A stretch of DNA of 64,000 nt from Botryllus schlosseri (taxonomy: Eukaryota): the NCBI GenBank assembly GCA_051294905.1, contig CM119372.1, forward strand, positions 10,418,001-10,482,000, written 5' to 3'. Of this stretch, positions 34,456-46,500 are shown piece after piece. The position numbers were made by a program, and so were the translations under genes. Every line of letters starts with the position of its first letter. Position 1 is the first letter of the stretch. Under the pieces are notes generated by a model. It was not told where the DNA came from. It made no database searches and saw only the letters and a program-made list of their open reading frames with translations.

Positions 34456-37400
34456 AAATAACATCCATTCAAAAGTCACTTGACAAAATTGATGAGCCCT
34501 CGTATATTCATCGATGTAGTCAACTGGTTTGTGTTGTCTAATTTACTTTCTGCACCCGCTCCACTGCTCCACACCAGGTGTAAACTACTATGGATCACGT
34601 TTCAACACTGTATTGGTGGGCACCCAAAAAGCCTTCATAGGCGGTCATGTGACGTTGAAGGAATAACGAAATGACACGTTAGCGCCTGTGTTTTCACAGA
34701 TCATCTGCTTACCTATGAGTAAAAAGCGACGTTTATCGTAGGCTCGGTCAACGATCGGTTACGGTCCGGAATGAGATGTGGTAAACGCGTATTGTGTTGA
34801 ACGCATCAAATTTGTTCCCCTGTCTATTTATGACCACACTCGACGATAACAAAAATTCAAAGACATGAAAGCACGTACGAGCGAATATCGACGCTAACAA
34901 GAGAACGATCAATCAATGTTCAACTTGGCAGTGACTTTCCGCTTTAGTAAGTTTACCAAAGCCATGAGGTCGTGCAAATAGTACAGGCGTCAATTTCTAT
35001 ATTCTACACATGAGCGAGTGATCGCAATTACGACGTTTGACATTGGCACTCCAACAGTGAGATAGACTGATGCTAACAGAGGTCTTGGAAGGCCAAAAAC
35101 CACGACCGAGCAACACCGTTCAAAATGCTTCGTACCCGTGCCATTACAGAAGTGGGATGACCTCGGTATGATCGGGTCTATCGAATACCTGTGAATGTCG
35201 GTGTGGCCATTAGATTTGTCTTTGCTAGTTGTTGCTTCCAGCCTTTGTCTGATGAATTAAGCCGCTCTCCATCACATTGCCAGTAGAGAGAATAAAGTTG
35301 CCGTATCGGTGTTATCGAAAATACCCACCACGCAAGGTCACCTGTTTCGGTTGTCCCATGCATATTCGTTGGTCGAGCGTGTCTCATACTGAGTCGTCGG
35401 TGAATTGACGCAACAGTGTGACAATTCGTTTTGTGTTTACTGATACTTGTCTGTAGCGTCGTTAGAAAACAACTGTAATGAATTGATATCTCTGTCAATT
35501 TAGGGTATCAGGCTTATAGACCACTATGAAATCTTATTTAAGTATTGCACCGTGTGTTAATTGATTAGGGAGAAGCAGACATGGCGGTGCCTGTATAAAA
35601 ATACGGTTCTCAAATCCACATTGTCCTCGTTATTATCGGCGAGATATGACTTTGTAGTGACATTGCTGTTGCTAAAATACATTGATTGAATACGATTTAT
35701 TCCTTGTATATGTTGATCGGTGGTCGAAAAATGCATCGATTCAGCAATACGCACCGCAAAGGTACTCTGCTATACACACCCCGCGGATTGCAGAAGTTGC
35801 CCGCTCCTGGTAAAAACATATGTAAATGGTGCAATAGCGACAGCTAACGGTTGTCAATCAGCCATAAAAGTACAGCTACCGGTAATCTATACAGCTCTCA
35901 AGGATAAACTAGGAATATATGTGTGAGCCGACTCGGTTGACCTATGGGACACGTTTAGACACAAAAAGCTCTGTCTTAGTACTCCATGTTTATGAAAGAG
36001 CTTGGCATAACGTCAATGGAGAGATACTCTGATCCGCCCGGACAGAAACGAGTGTATATCGCTTCCGGTTCACACCGCACTGAATTATACAGACTCGCCA
36101 CGTTCGCCAAATTCTCTAAAGTATCATACGCAACACGCACCGATTTAGCGTCTGAGGGATACTACTGGCTAGGATTTGAAGACAAAATCAAATGCTTTGG
36201 GTGCAGTGCGTACCTCGAAAGATGGACCGGGTCGAGTGCACGGCGTCATGACGCGAATTGTGTACGAGACGCGTTGAACATACCTATTGTGAAATCGAAT
36301 TTCAAAAGTTTACTGAGACAGTGTAAAGCCGCTGGAAACGCCAACATCAACTTTGCGAATATCGTTGATCAAGAGCACGAGTATCGGGTTAGGAATCTCG
36401 ACTTGCGAAAGGAGTCGGAGCGTCGCGAAACCTTTGAGAAATGGCCCAGCTATCCCATACCACGGGCGGTCGGCGAGTTGGCAAAACAAGGTTTATTCTA
36501 CCTCGGTGACCTGGACAGAACGCAGTGCTTCAACTGCTCCGGCGTTCTACGCAATTGGAGGCCTACAGACGATATATCTGAAATACACTTGACGTATCGC
36601 TCGGATTGTTGTTTCGCACGTGGCGACGATTCGGGGAATGTGGCGTTAACCGAGTACGAACGAGACAATTTGGATAAGTTGCTTGACGACAAAATACGAC
36701 GTCTCACTTTACATCTGCAAGAACCAGAGGAACCCTCCGAGGACGAAAGGCGATGTCTTGAGCAACTATTTCCTTGTCTTAAACCCGTGAACCCTCTCAT
36801 GTCGTCGTTGTCAAAAAGAATCGCAACGTTCGACAAGGGCTGGGAACCGAATAAAATTAGAGCTAGTGTTGAACAGTTAGCAAAAGCGGGGTTTTACTAC
36901 GTTGATTCGGACAGAACCAAATGCTTTTACTGTGACGGCGGGCTTCGTTGGGACCGTGAAGACGAGGTTTGGACAGAACATGCAAAACGGTTTCCGCAGT
37001 GTGAATACGTACTCCGAACGAAAGGTATCGAGTTTGCGCAACGTATCGAAAAGACACACCCTAATCTCAATCGCCCTGTGATTAGAAACCCCATAACCAG
37101 GCAAGAGTTGATCAAACGTCAAAAATTGATCTGCGGAAACGTCAGTCGTGTGATCGGGCTATGAGTTGAATAGTGGCGATAAAACGATTGTAGTGTATCG
37201 ACACCTATTTACGAGACTTGTGTAACTGTGACTTTTGTGCTGATAAAACTATCGACAAATGAGATTGGATTTCGCGTATTGTAAAATTATTTGAGCAATA
37301 AGAAGATGACGGGGGCGCAGTTGCTTACTAGGAGAGTCAGTCGGTGTGAATAAGCAGGCGCGTGGTCAGCAACGAAATACAGTCACTATTTCTGAGGTAC

Positions 37401-40400
37401 TCGAGTCAGTTTTGTCTACTATCACAGTTACCAACGTGCTTGAGCTCGACAGTTTTATGGGGACCTACTCTTTTATAATTAGGATAGAAAGCGATATCAC
37501 GATACTGACATTCCCTTAAAACTACTTGAGTACTCCAAAACCATATTTTGTCATTCCGTTTGAAGTAAATGTAGCATGTGTTGTAAATCGCTCCAGCTAT
37601 CTCGATAACCTCGCCAGAATGCGTAGTCTCGTCTGGATCTGCAGTGCTCAGCACATTGTGTATACACAGAGAGGGACTGCAGTGGCGACTTGCGTCAGTC
37701 GAGTAGCGGACAATGTCGATTTCACACGCGTTCCAGAGTACATTTTGTGAGAATGATGTACCACCACCTCGGCTATTCCCGGTACGACACGGGATCATTT
37801 GGCTGTACTAAGGTGGCCCCGTCATGGTCGAGTGCGCTCGATCTTTTTTCACGGTAGTTTGGGGCGCTTTTACTATTCACATGTTTACACACGCCCACGT
37901 ATCCACGTAATAGCCTGCACAATACCATCATAGGGTCATTTTTCCGATTTGGCTACGTACCCGACTTTTCGTAATCTAGGCCCACATTTTGCGTTACTTG
38001 TGGTGTTTTTTTTTGGAAATGTTGAGCTAACAAGGAGGACAAACTGACAGAAAGAGAGTACATTTAGGTGAATTGGGTGACATATCTGGGAAATGGAGGA
38101 CATATGCTCCCCTAAATGAGGCCGCATGGTAACCCTATTAGGAGGGTCGACGGGGACATCAAATATATCGCGTTGCTGTCAACCCAAAAAACGCGAGTTT
38201 TGTCAAGTCGCAGATTGATGACTGACAGCGATTGTGTCACGCTCGATTGATCACAGCTGATTTACGTACATCACACCGCATCGTTGACCGTATGTTGACC
38301 GGTAAAGTTATTGTCATCGTTGTGTGATTTTTACCAATATACTCCTTGAGGCGCCAAATCTGATCGCACTAATAACACCTGTACAGACGAACCAAACAGA
38401 ATTCCGCCAAAGGGTCGATACCAAGTCTTCTTGGGCGTAAATTATTATACAACGACACCTATATTACAGCAGAACAATCTTGTCTGGACGGAGGAGGTCA
38501 CGAAACATCTCCGGACCCGGCGCAGATTTCATCAGTTTTCAGCGAAGCCAGTCTGGATGCGGCCAAATGGCCTTGAGAGTCGGATTTATGCTGTATTTTA
38601 CCCTCACAACATGTGGAAATAACAGGACTTTACGAGCCAGCCGGATTTTTTGGACTTTGATTTAGCAACCCGAGTCGGGGTGGAGTCAGATTTCGAAATC
38701 TCCCCGCTCATCTTTACACCTCACCGAAAGAAGGTTCGATTGCCTCACGTGATCTGGCACAATTCATCCTCATTATTGCACCACTGCATACAAAGTTTCG
38801 CTGTACGCAAATTAATGTACAACGACACTCCCCTTACAGCAGTGTCTTTGAGAGTTGGATTTATGTTACATTTTACCCAGCCTAATATATGGAGAAACCA
38901 GTACTTTACGTGCCAGTCGGATTTTTTGGACTTTGATTTTGCAATCCTATAGTCGCAGTGGATTCCGATTTCGAATGAAACGAGCTACCCCGATTCGTTT
39001 CGTGGACAATTGAAATAACATCGTACTCGCAGTAACCGAGCGGAAAATGCAAGGCCCGAAGACGTGACACAGCAATTCTCTGGCGGTAACACTCTGCCGA
39101 GTCAATATATCCGTAGTATGATGCTGCAAATATGCTTGGAGGTGTTGGCATGTGTTGAGGATATGTTTCGATCCTCGGCACAGCAGGATGGATCACAAAA
39201 CAAAATGGCGCTATGCAGTCTACGCGGCCGCATGTCATTTTCGACAGCGAGATTGATTATCGTGAATTAGGTCTTGGACAAAGCAACGATAGCAGCGCGT
39301 CGTATCCGAGCTAAGTAGTTATAGTATACTATAAACCTGATCCTCGCACCTCCAACGAGCCGTAACCACAATTCTAATACCGCACCAATCCATACACAAT
39401 AATACACCATACCGGTAGCTTTCAAAATACCAGTTGACGGGCTTCGATCGATTGTCGACACGTGATGATTTAAATCAGCCTGACCAGAACCCTAAGTATG
39501 ATGCAAATATGCTTGGAGGTATTGGCATAGCATGTGTTGAGGATATATTTACGACACATACGTGAACACAACTGACTGTCTGTAGCGAAATTTGTCGACT
39601 TCGAGCGATAGTGCGTGGCTGTCGAAGCAATAGTTCCTTAGTATGATATTGTAAATATGCGTGGAGGTGTTGGCATAACAAGTCTTGAGGATATGTTACG
39701 ATACACGCGAACACAACTGATTGTCTGCAGCGAAATGAGTCGCCCTCGAACGAAAAGTGCGTGGTGAGCTCGTGATCGATATGTGTATGTTACAGACGGG
39801 CAAAGCATTAGTTCGCCAACAGATCGATTCAAGTTGTATATCATGTACAGCATACAAAATTAATATCCCGTGGTAAATTGAATATCATTTGCAGACACCG
39901 GGATGATTACGCTTGACCAACCGTGAAGCAGTAAAAAGAACCCATCACATTGTTTGGTTGGGACTGTCTGTCCTAAGACGCTAGAAAGCGGTAAAGGTGT
40001 GGAACAGCAGTTTTTGCTTGCACCAATTACTACAATATCGGAAATTAACACGTTGATGCGAGTCAAATTGAGAATGAGCTATTTCTTTAATTACTTATTA
40101 TATTCTAAATGGTACTTTATTCAAGTTAATCTATGTCGGGGGCGCCTGATACCTATTTCTAATACACGACATTCTGGTTCTCGATATGACTCAAAATGAC
40201 ACACATATTTATAACCAGAACATTTCTCCTTACTATTTAAGTCGACAACAAAGCAAGAGCAAGTACGACAGTATGGAACAGACTACATGCGTCACTATAC
40301 ACAGCCGAACGTATAGACACCCAAAACACGCACCAGGATCTCATGGATCAGAAGAAAACTATACTGACGTCACGACCGGCAATTATTCCTATGACCCACC

Positions 40401-40824
40401 GTACACGAAAATGAATCAACCGCGGAACAACAAGTCAACCAGTTTTACGGGTTATTGTTCCCAAGCCACTAAATTGGACCACGGAACAACAGGTCAGGGC
40501 AGGCAACTATGATCACCGTCGTGTACGACCGAAGTCAGCTGTGAATCGTGGAAAAATACAGTAAAATTACAATGTATTATAATCAGGAGGCGAGTGGAAA
40601 AGTACAAGTAGAAGTACTCCAGTCTGAGTACAAAGGTCAATCCAGATTCGTTTTCTCTCTATCGTTAATTATTCCCCCTTTTTTTATTGCCGCACACAAG
40701 GTCATAAAAGTATTGCTGCAAAATTGAGAATGAGCTAATTCTTACACTGTTTATTATCTTGATAATGTTTGTTTGTTCTTTATAAATCGCGAATGGGCGT
40801 CGATCGCCCAAACATATTACTACT
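34456..40824. repeat. Right inverted arm (6369 bp)
   Basis: Mirror of 26855-33238. The 1217-bp spacer is 33239-34455. Confidence 0.97.
35986..37164 (+). CDS. IAP protein, 392 aa; copy B (K255R and W335R relative to copy A)
   Basis: Mirror copy of 30530-31708 with an intact frame. HAKRFP replaces HAKWFP. Confidence 0.93.
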   Translation: MFMKELGITSMERYSDPPGQKRVYIASGSHRTELYRLATFAKFSKVSYATRTDLASEGYYWLGFEDKIKCFGCSAYLERWTGSSARRHDANCVRDALNIPIVKSNFKSLLRQCKAAGNANINFANIVDQEHEYRVRNLDLRKESERRETFEKWPSYPIPRAVGELAKQGLFYLGDLDRTQCFNCSGVLRNWRPTDDISEIHLTYRSDCCFARGDDSGNVALTEYERDNLDKLLDDKIRRLTLHLQEPEEPSEDERRCLEQLFPCLKPVNPLMSSLSKRIATFDKGWEPNKIRASVEQLAKAGFYYVDSDRTKCFYCDGGLRWDREDEVWTEHAKRFPQCEYVLRTKGIEFAQRIEKTHPNLNRPVIRNPITRQELIKRQKLICGNVSRVIGL

Positions 40825-42345
40825 GCTAACTCCCATTTACCAATACTGATCCTAATCGAAAGCTATTGTTGCCCTGGTTGATTCCGGAAATACAATTTAA
40901 AATCTGGTCCGGGCAACGGAACCACCCCGAAATAGCTGTCAAAGTTTGAAAATCGGCATTATTCCGAATAATAATAATCGCTCGATACAATTTCCATTAT
41001 CATGGTCAATTGGTCAATGTGTTGCGGCGCCCCGATTGTTCGGAACATTCGGCCTTGACGGCTATTTCGGAGTCGTTCCATTGCGATGCTCACATTTTTA
41101 TGTGTGTCTTCGGAATCAGTGCGACACTAGCTTTTGATTGAGATCAGTTTGATTTAATTTTGGCTCTCGGGACTACCAGTTACTCTGCTTTAACCGACTG
41201 TGTATAGGCTACTGTGCACTCCTGTGCAGCCCCATATGCCGTCCCCTTGGAGCCTGCCGCTCCTGGCGCAGAGCATAACCGCCAAGTGGCTGCTACGCCA
41301 CTGCACTGATAATAATCTGACGAATATTGGTGAATGCTGCTACTCGATCTATTTTGAGAATAGTCTCGCGGGCTACTCATCTGGTCCTCGCGGGCTACCT
41401 GGGGGCCGCGGGTACCGCGTTCGTGACCCCTGCAGTAAAGGGTGTATTTGTAGGACCTTAAATCAGAACCCTCACCAAAAAAAATACATGACTCTCTTTC
41501 ATTGAAGTTGCATCTAAATTTCTTGGAAATACTGAGGGTCCTGATTATTTGGAGGTGTTTCGTATCATATACGGACCTAAACGGGCATAAGCGCCCTTGA
41601 TACAGCCGTTTTTGAGTAAAATTTTTATTCGTTTTTTTGCGAAAAATTGTGACGTGATGAGTGAATTCTGACGGCAAATTCAGAATCAGCATCGTCAAAT
41701 TAGGTAAATTCAATTAACCGGTCTAAAAAAAAGTTGAAAAATGTCTACCAGTGATATTCAAAAGAGCTTAGCTCAAGACTCATTTCTAAAACTTCAGATC
41801 TTGGTTAATGGACATTGGACATTGCGATGGGTATATGGCCGTCCGTTAGTCTGCGATGGTATACGGCAATTCCGTTGTCTACGGATATCAGCTTACAGTT
41901 TATACTTAACTGGCACTTCCGCAGTAGCTGACACGAACGTCCTGCGTTCTGTGTAGTTCTTGACTGGCAGTTCAATAGAGACGACAACAATTGCCTTTTC
42001 CAGATATATTGTACGGGTCGATAGTAATTCGGATAGTTTAAGCAGTAAGTACAGCGTACATGAGTCTCGTATATAAATCAGAGTCCATTATACGATATGC
42101 GCTAGGTAATATACCAGCGATAAGTCACGTGATATAGAATTATACCATAACAGATAGGAGAGAAATGGAGCCAGAGCTCCTACAACATGCAATAATAGAA
42201 ACTAGAAAGGCAGCATCTGGACGAGCTATAAGAATCCCAAATCAGAATTCGTAGATTCAACTCAAAACAACTTCAACACACCACAAGACTGCGATACAAC
42301 GAAATGATAGGAAAGGTGTCGAAACGACTTGGAGTAGACTTGGAC

Positions 42346-42922
42346 ATAATCGTTGAGTTATATTTTTCATCTGAATAAGTCACACACAATGTAGGCTACA
42401 ATGCGATAAGATGACTTTTTCATACCTGCCAAAAATGTCCACTCCCACTACACGAGATCCTCGTCTAAAGGAAATATCTACTTACCCCCACCCAATAGCA
42501 ACCTAACTAAGAGATCTATCGACTACTCGGGACCTATCATCTGGAATGCATTACCACCACACATCCGTGAATTACCTTATAATAGATTCAAAAAAGCCCT
42601 ACTTGATCACCTCTTGTCGTTGCACTAACACTGTTGCCCTACCTCGCCCAGACATTGCTTCATTGATCATTTGCTACCATCGTTTAATTTTTCTTCTATT
42701 TTATTTTTTTAACTACTGTAACCTTTTTTACAGCCAGACTGCTTAGAGTCAAGTGTACCTGTTTGATGCTGGTGTGATCAGACTAGATGACCTTCACGGT
42801 CTTATCGATCATTCGATCCTATCTAATACCGAATAATGTGCAAGCATATTTTCTGTACCACCATCACTGCCGTGCGTTATGTATTTTGGTTGGATGAAAA
42901 TAAAGACTCTCTCTCTCTCTCT
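42346..42922 (+). mobile_element. L2-type LINE 3' fragment (ORF2 C-terminus, 3' UTR and (CT)n tail)
   Basis: KRSIDYSGPIIWNALPPHIRELPYNRFKKALLDHLL* is a typical L2/CR1-group ORF2 end. AATAAA precedes the CT repeats. Confidence 0.7.
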
Positions 42923-43578
42923 CACACAATGCGATGTAATGAACAGATAGGAGGATATGTCGAACGACACGCAGTTGCGATCCTTTTTAGACTGACATCC
43001 ACCTCGGATCTTTTTCGTCGGATCTTTTTCGGGGCGTTTTTTGTCGCCTTAAGAACGGCGATGTAAAAAGGAGGCAGGCGTACTGAATGAAAAGTAAACG
43101 GATATAATATAAAAAACAGGCGACAAAAAGTGGTAACATGTATCGGGAGGCGAGATCGATATGTCAGAGGTCGTGGTCGTCGTCCGTGGTTCTATTATAG
43201 AGTAGTTCTAGTTCTATAACTCGCTATCGCTACTACCATGCTGTGACGTCACGGAAATTGTCGGTATTTTTTGCATCTAATGGCTGAGACTGATATTTTT
43301 TTCAAAGTGTGACATCGACTCGATTTATCGTCGAACTGATAACAATTCGTCGGGCCTTTGTCAAGGACTGACGGGTCACATTGAAATATCGAAAGATAAT
43401 ATTTGGTCGCTAGGTGATGCACATGGTGAAGGGTTGTTTACAAATGAAGAGCGGCAATGCAGCAACGCGGTGCGGCGCAATGGTTGCGTGCAGTGTTCAT
43501 CATCATTCATCACGCTTTACGATGGATTTATGCCGAATTAAAAGCGATAGAACTGTTAAACATTGATAGCCATTAGCC

Positions 43579-46500
43579 ATGGATGCGAGACGTGACGGAC
43601 GAACATCGAGCAGGCTTATTTCGAGACGCCAGTCGGAATCTGTCGTCTTTGATGATGGAACGAATACATTTTTCTGGTAAGTTTTCGCCAGAAAATAATT
43701 TCATACCGAATACCGCTTGAACAAAATAGATCTTTTTGTTTCAGGCGTGCTCATACAATCTTAGCCCTTGTGTGCATTGTGGCTGTTCTGTCGTATATAG
43801 TATTTACTGAAGAAGAGTCCAAAGACGTTGAATACAATGTTAAAAGGTATGATTATATTGCAATATCATGATGTTTTGATTTGTAGAAAATTATAGAAAT
43901 ATGATGATGACTTCGCAATGTCGTAAACCCAGTCAGCATTCACCGAAAACAATCAACTATTTTTATGCTTTTCATCCTATTCTAACCTCGTTGAATGTGA
44001 AATCGTTTATCAGTTAAGTTATTAATAGTCAAGTATATATTTCGGTCCAAAAGTGACTCAACAGACAACACCAAATTTCACTGGATGAATATTTAGGACC
44101 GGACTCTGTTGAGGTATTGGGTGATCATCTAGTCGACTATACCCAAAGTGGATGTTGGTACGGTAATCATAATTCCAAGTGGAGTTTGGGTTCGACTTAT
44201 GTTAATCATAAATAACTATATCAATATAACACGTAATGGAATGATAAACTAAAATCAACAGTGGAACAGATTGGGGGTACAAATTTTAATCAAACAATTT
44301 CCCTGCTTGAGTTAGAAATGCAATCAATGCATCGATTTCTGAGACTATATAGCGATTTTACAGTACCACCTTGGCCTGCAGGTATTAATAAAAGAACTTG
44401 TAAATACGATGCATGCACAGTATGCACATTGCACACTGAATGAAAAGTAACATAAGATATAACAGAGTGACAAGAAATGAAATGAAGAGGAATGTGTCAG
44501 TAGGGAAAATCGATATGCCAAACGGTGGTCCAGTAATATCAAGTACAGACAAGTATTCTTTTTGTTTGGTTTTGATTTTTGTCTTGACTGTGGGATTACT
44601 GGCCAAATACTAATTCACTTTTGTGGCCTGTTATACTTGATTGAGCGATGTGTTGTCTTGTAATTCGTGCTGAACTTATCGAGCTAACCAGTGGTGGGAT
44701 TCCAATTTCCAAGTTATTGCCAGACCGTTTTATCACAAAATTCATATTTATAAGCCGGTTCTGTAACAAAAAGTAATTGATATTAACAAGTAGCCTAATG
44801 CTAACCAGTTCGCTGATCTCATAAATTTAGTGAGACTGTTCTGTAGAACCGGTACAAACCGCCTGAATCTGACCACGAGTGCTAACCCAATTTGCTTTTA
44901 TAACTGATTAGATACCGTATGTAATTTGGTTAGGTATGACCAATCCTTATCAATGTTGCTGGTTTTGATGGGATTACTATTGGGAAACCACTTACAAATA
45001 CTGCTGTCATAAGCAGCAAATCACTTCATTCCTTTTCTTATATGTATGTGCAATGTGTGAAGCTAATATGGTCTGGAGGACCAACCTTAGTTTTGACCAC
45101 GAACTCTATGCGTAGCATGGTGATTTGACTCCATCTCGAAATGTAACCTCTGGACTTTTATTTCAGAGGAATCATTGCAGGGATTCTCATGTTTCTGGCT
45201 ATCGGTATTACTCAAGTTAAAGATGGCCCGTTCACTAGACCTCATCCAATTTTCTGGAGGTTTCTATTTTGTGCCAGCATTCTGTATGAGTTGGGGATTC
45301 TCTTCATTTTGTTTCAAGTGAGAAATGATTTTATTCAAAATGATCGCATGTATCTTTGTGTCAAAGGCCGTACCATGATGTTTTATATCAAGAAACATGC
45401 AACACCGATTTAATGATAATACTGCAACCTTGCTATCAACATACTTATGCATTTTGAAGGTGTTTCCATGCTGTTGTATTCTTTGGATACATTCAATAAT
45501 GAACGAGTTTCTTAATGGAATATGTTTACCATCATCCACAACGACCACAAGCCAATTTATTGCGTGAAGTTCAGGATTGACTGTCATATCAGTATAGTCA
45601 ATATCATAGATTTACAGAGATTGATGACCTAGACTCGGGAAATCTGTTGACTGATTTTTGGACAATGCTAATCCTTATTAGGGATCATATCCCACATAGT
45701 AGGCTATGTGGAGGTGGAAATAAGTCTGATCTCAGATCTTCCGCTTATCCGGCCATCTTTTATATCAGTGAGTCTCAACTGCCGGTCCATGTCAAATTCC
45801 TGCCGGTCTGCCAGATATATTTCAATTTTATTCTCAATTACAAAATGTAAGTGGTTCAAGGCTTGTAATTTAATCAGAGAAATAAAATACGGCTTTCCCC
45901 ACATCACAATGCTGCAATTGTTGTATCAACCGGTTTAAAAGTAGTCTACAATTCGTTTGAAACGTTGGTAACATGTGAAAGCTGAGAAGACATTTTAAAC
46001 AAAATTCGACGGAATTCAACAGTAAATTTAATGACACTTGACGGTATAATGGAATACAGCTAACAGCGAAGTCGCATTGTGACAGGAGTTTGCCTTTACA
46101 CAAACTTCAATAACAAACGTGTAATATCAAAGAGACTGCACCAAAGTTCCCATTAAAGTTACAATTTCTAGTTTGAAGAGCTTCTTGGAGGTACAGAAAT
46201 TCAATATACAATTGAATAGTATATTCGTATTGAAATGAACCCGAATATTTTCGGCTGACACTCGTCAGGGGTAATCGTCAGCAACTAGTAGAAAATTGGA
46301 AAGAACGTTGTATATCAACAACACATAAACGAGCATGTCCCCAGATTTATCAGAACACGTGCATCACGCGCGGTAAAAAGTTCACCGTTCTGCAAAATTT
46401 GTTTTGAAATTTTACCAGTCCGTAAGCTAAAAAGATTGAGAACCACTAATCTACAAAACTACATGCATGTGAGGCATTTTTATGTCAACAAAATGTAAAT

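Larger units (their letters stand above)
26855..40824. mobile_element. Non-autonomous Polinton/Maverick-like element, 13,970 bp, palindromic, with IAP cargo
   Basis: Starts AGTAGT (26855) and ends ACTACT (40824). GCTAAC lies directly on both sides (26849-26854 and 40825-40830). AG..CT termini with a 6-bp TSD are Polinton hallmarks. No pPolB, integrase, ATPase, protease or capsid ORF seen. Confidence 0.8.
25581..41303 (-). mobile_element. Old internally deleted hAT element (TIR CAGTGGCGTAGCAGC) hosting a MITE and the 14-kb palindromic element
   Basis: The left end CAGTGGCGT...AGCAGC is split by the insertion at 25591-26436. The right end GCTGCTACGCCACTG ends at 41303. Perfect 8-bp TSD CACTGATA at 25573-25580 and 41304-41311. 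A transposase remnant lies inside. Confidence 0.85.

Noticed and set aside
26855..40824. Assembly or chimeric-read fold-back artefact as the cause of the palindrome
   Set aside because: The arms differ by substitutions and microhomology indels, there is a distinct 1.2-kb spacer, and two nested TSDs (GCTAAC and CACTGATA) link the flanks. Long-read confirmation is still advisable.
26855..40824. LTR retrotransposon, piggyBac/Teratorn, Ginger or hAT identity for the 14-kb element
   Set aside because: The repeats are inverted, not direct. The ends are not TG..CA, TGT..ACA or CAG..CTG. The TSD is 6 bp, not TTAA, 4 bp or 8 bp.
41180..41713. 177-aa minus-strand ORF
   Set aside because: It crosses the ends of unrelated TE fragments, including the hAT right TIR, and shows no domain similarity.
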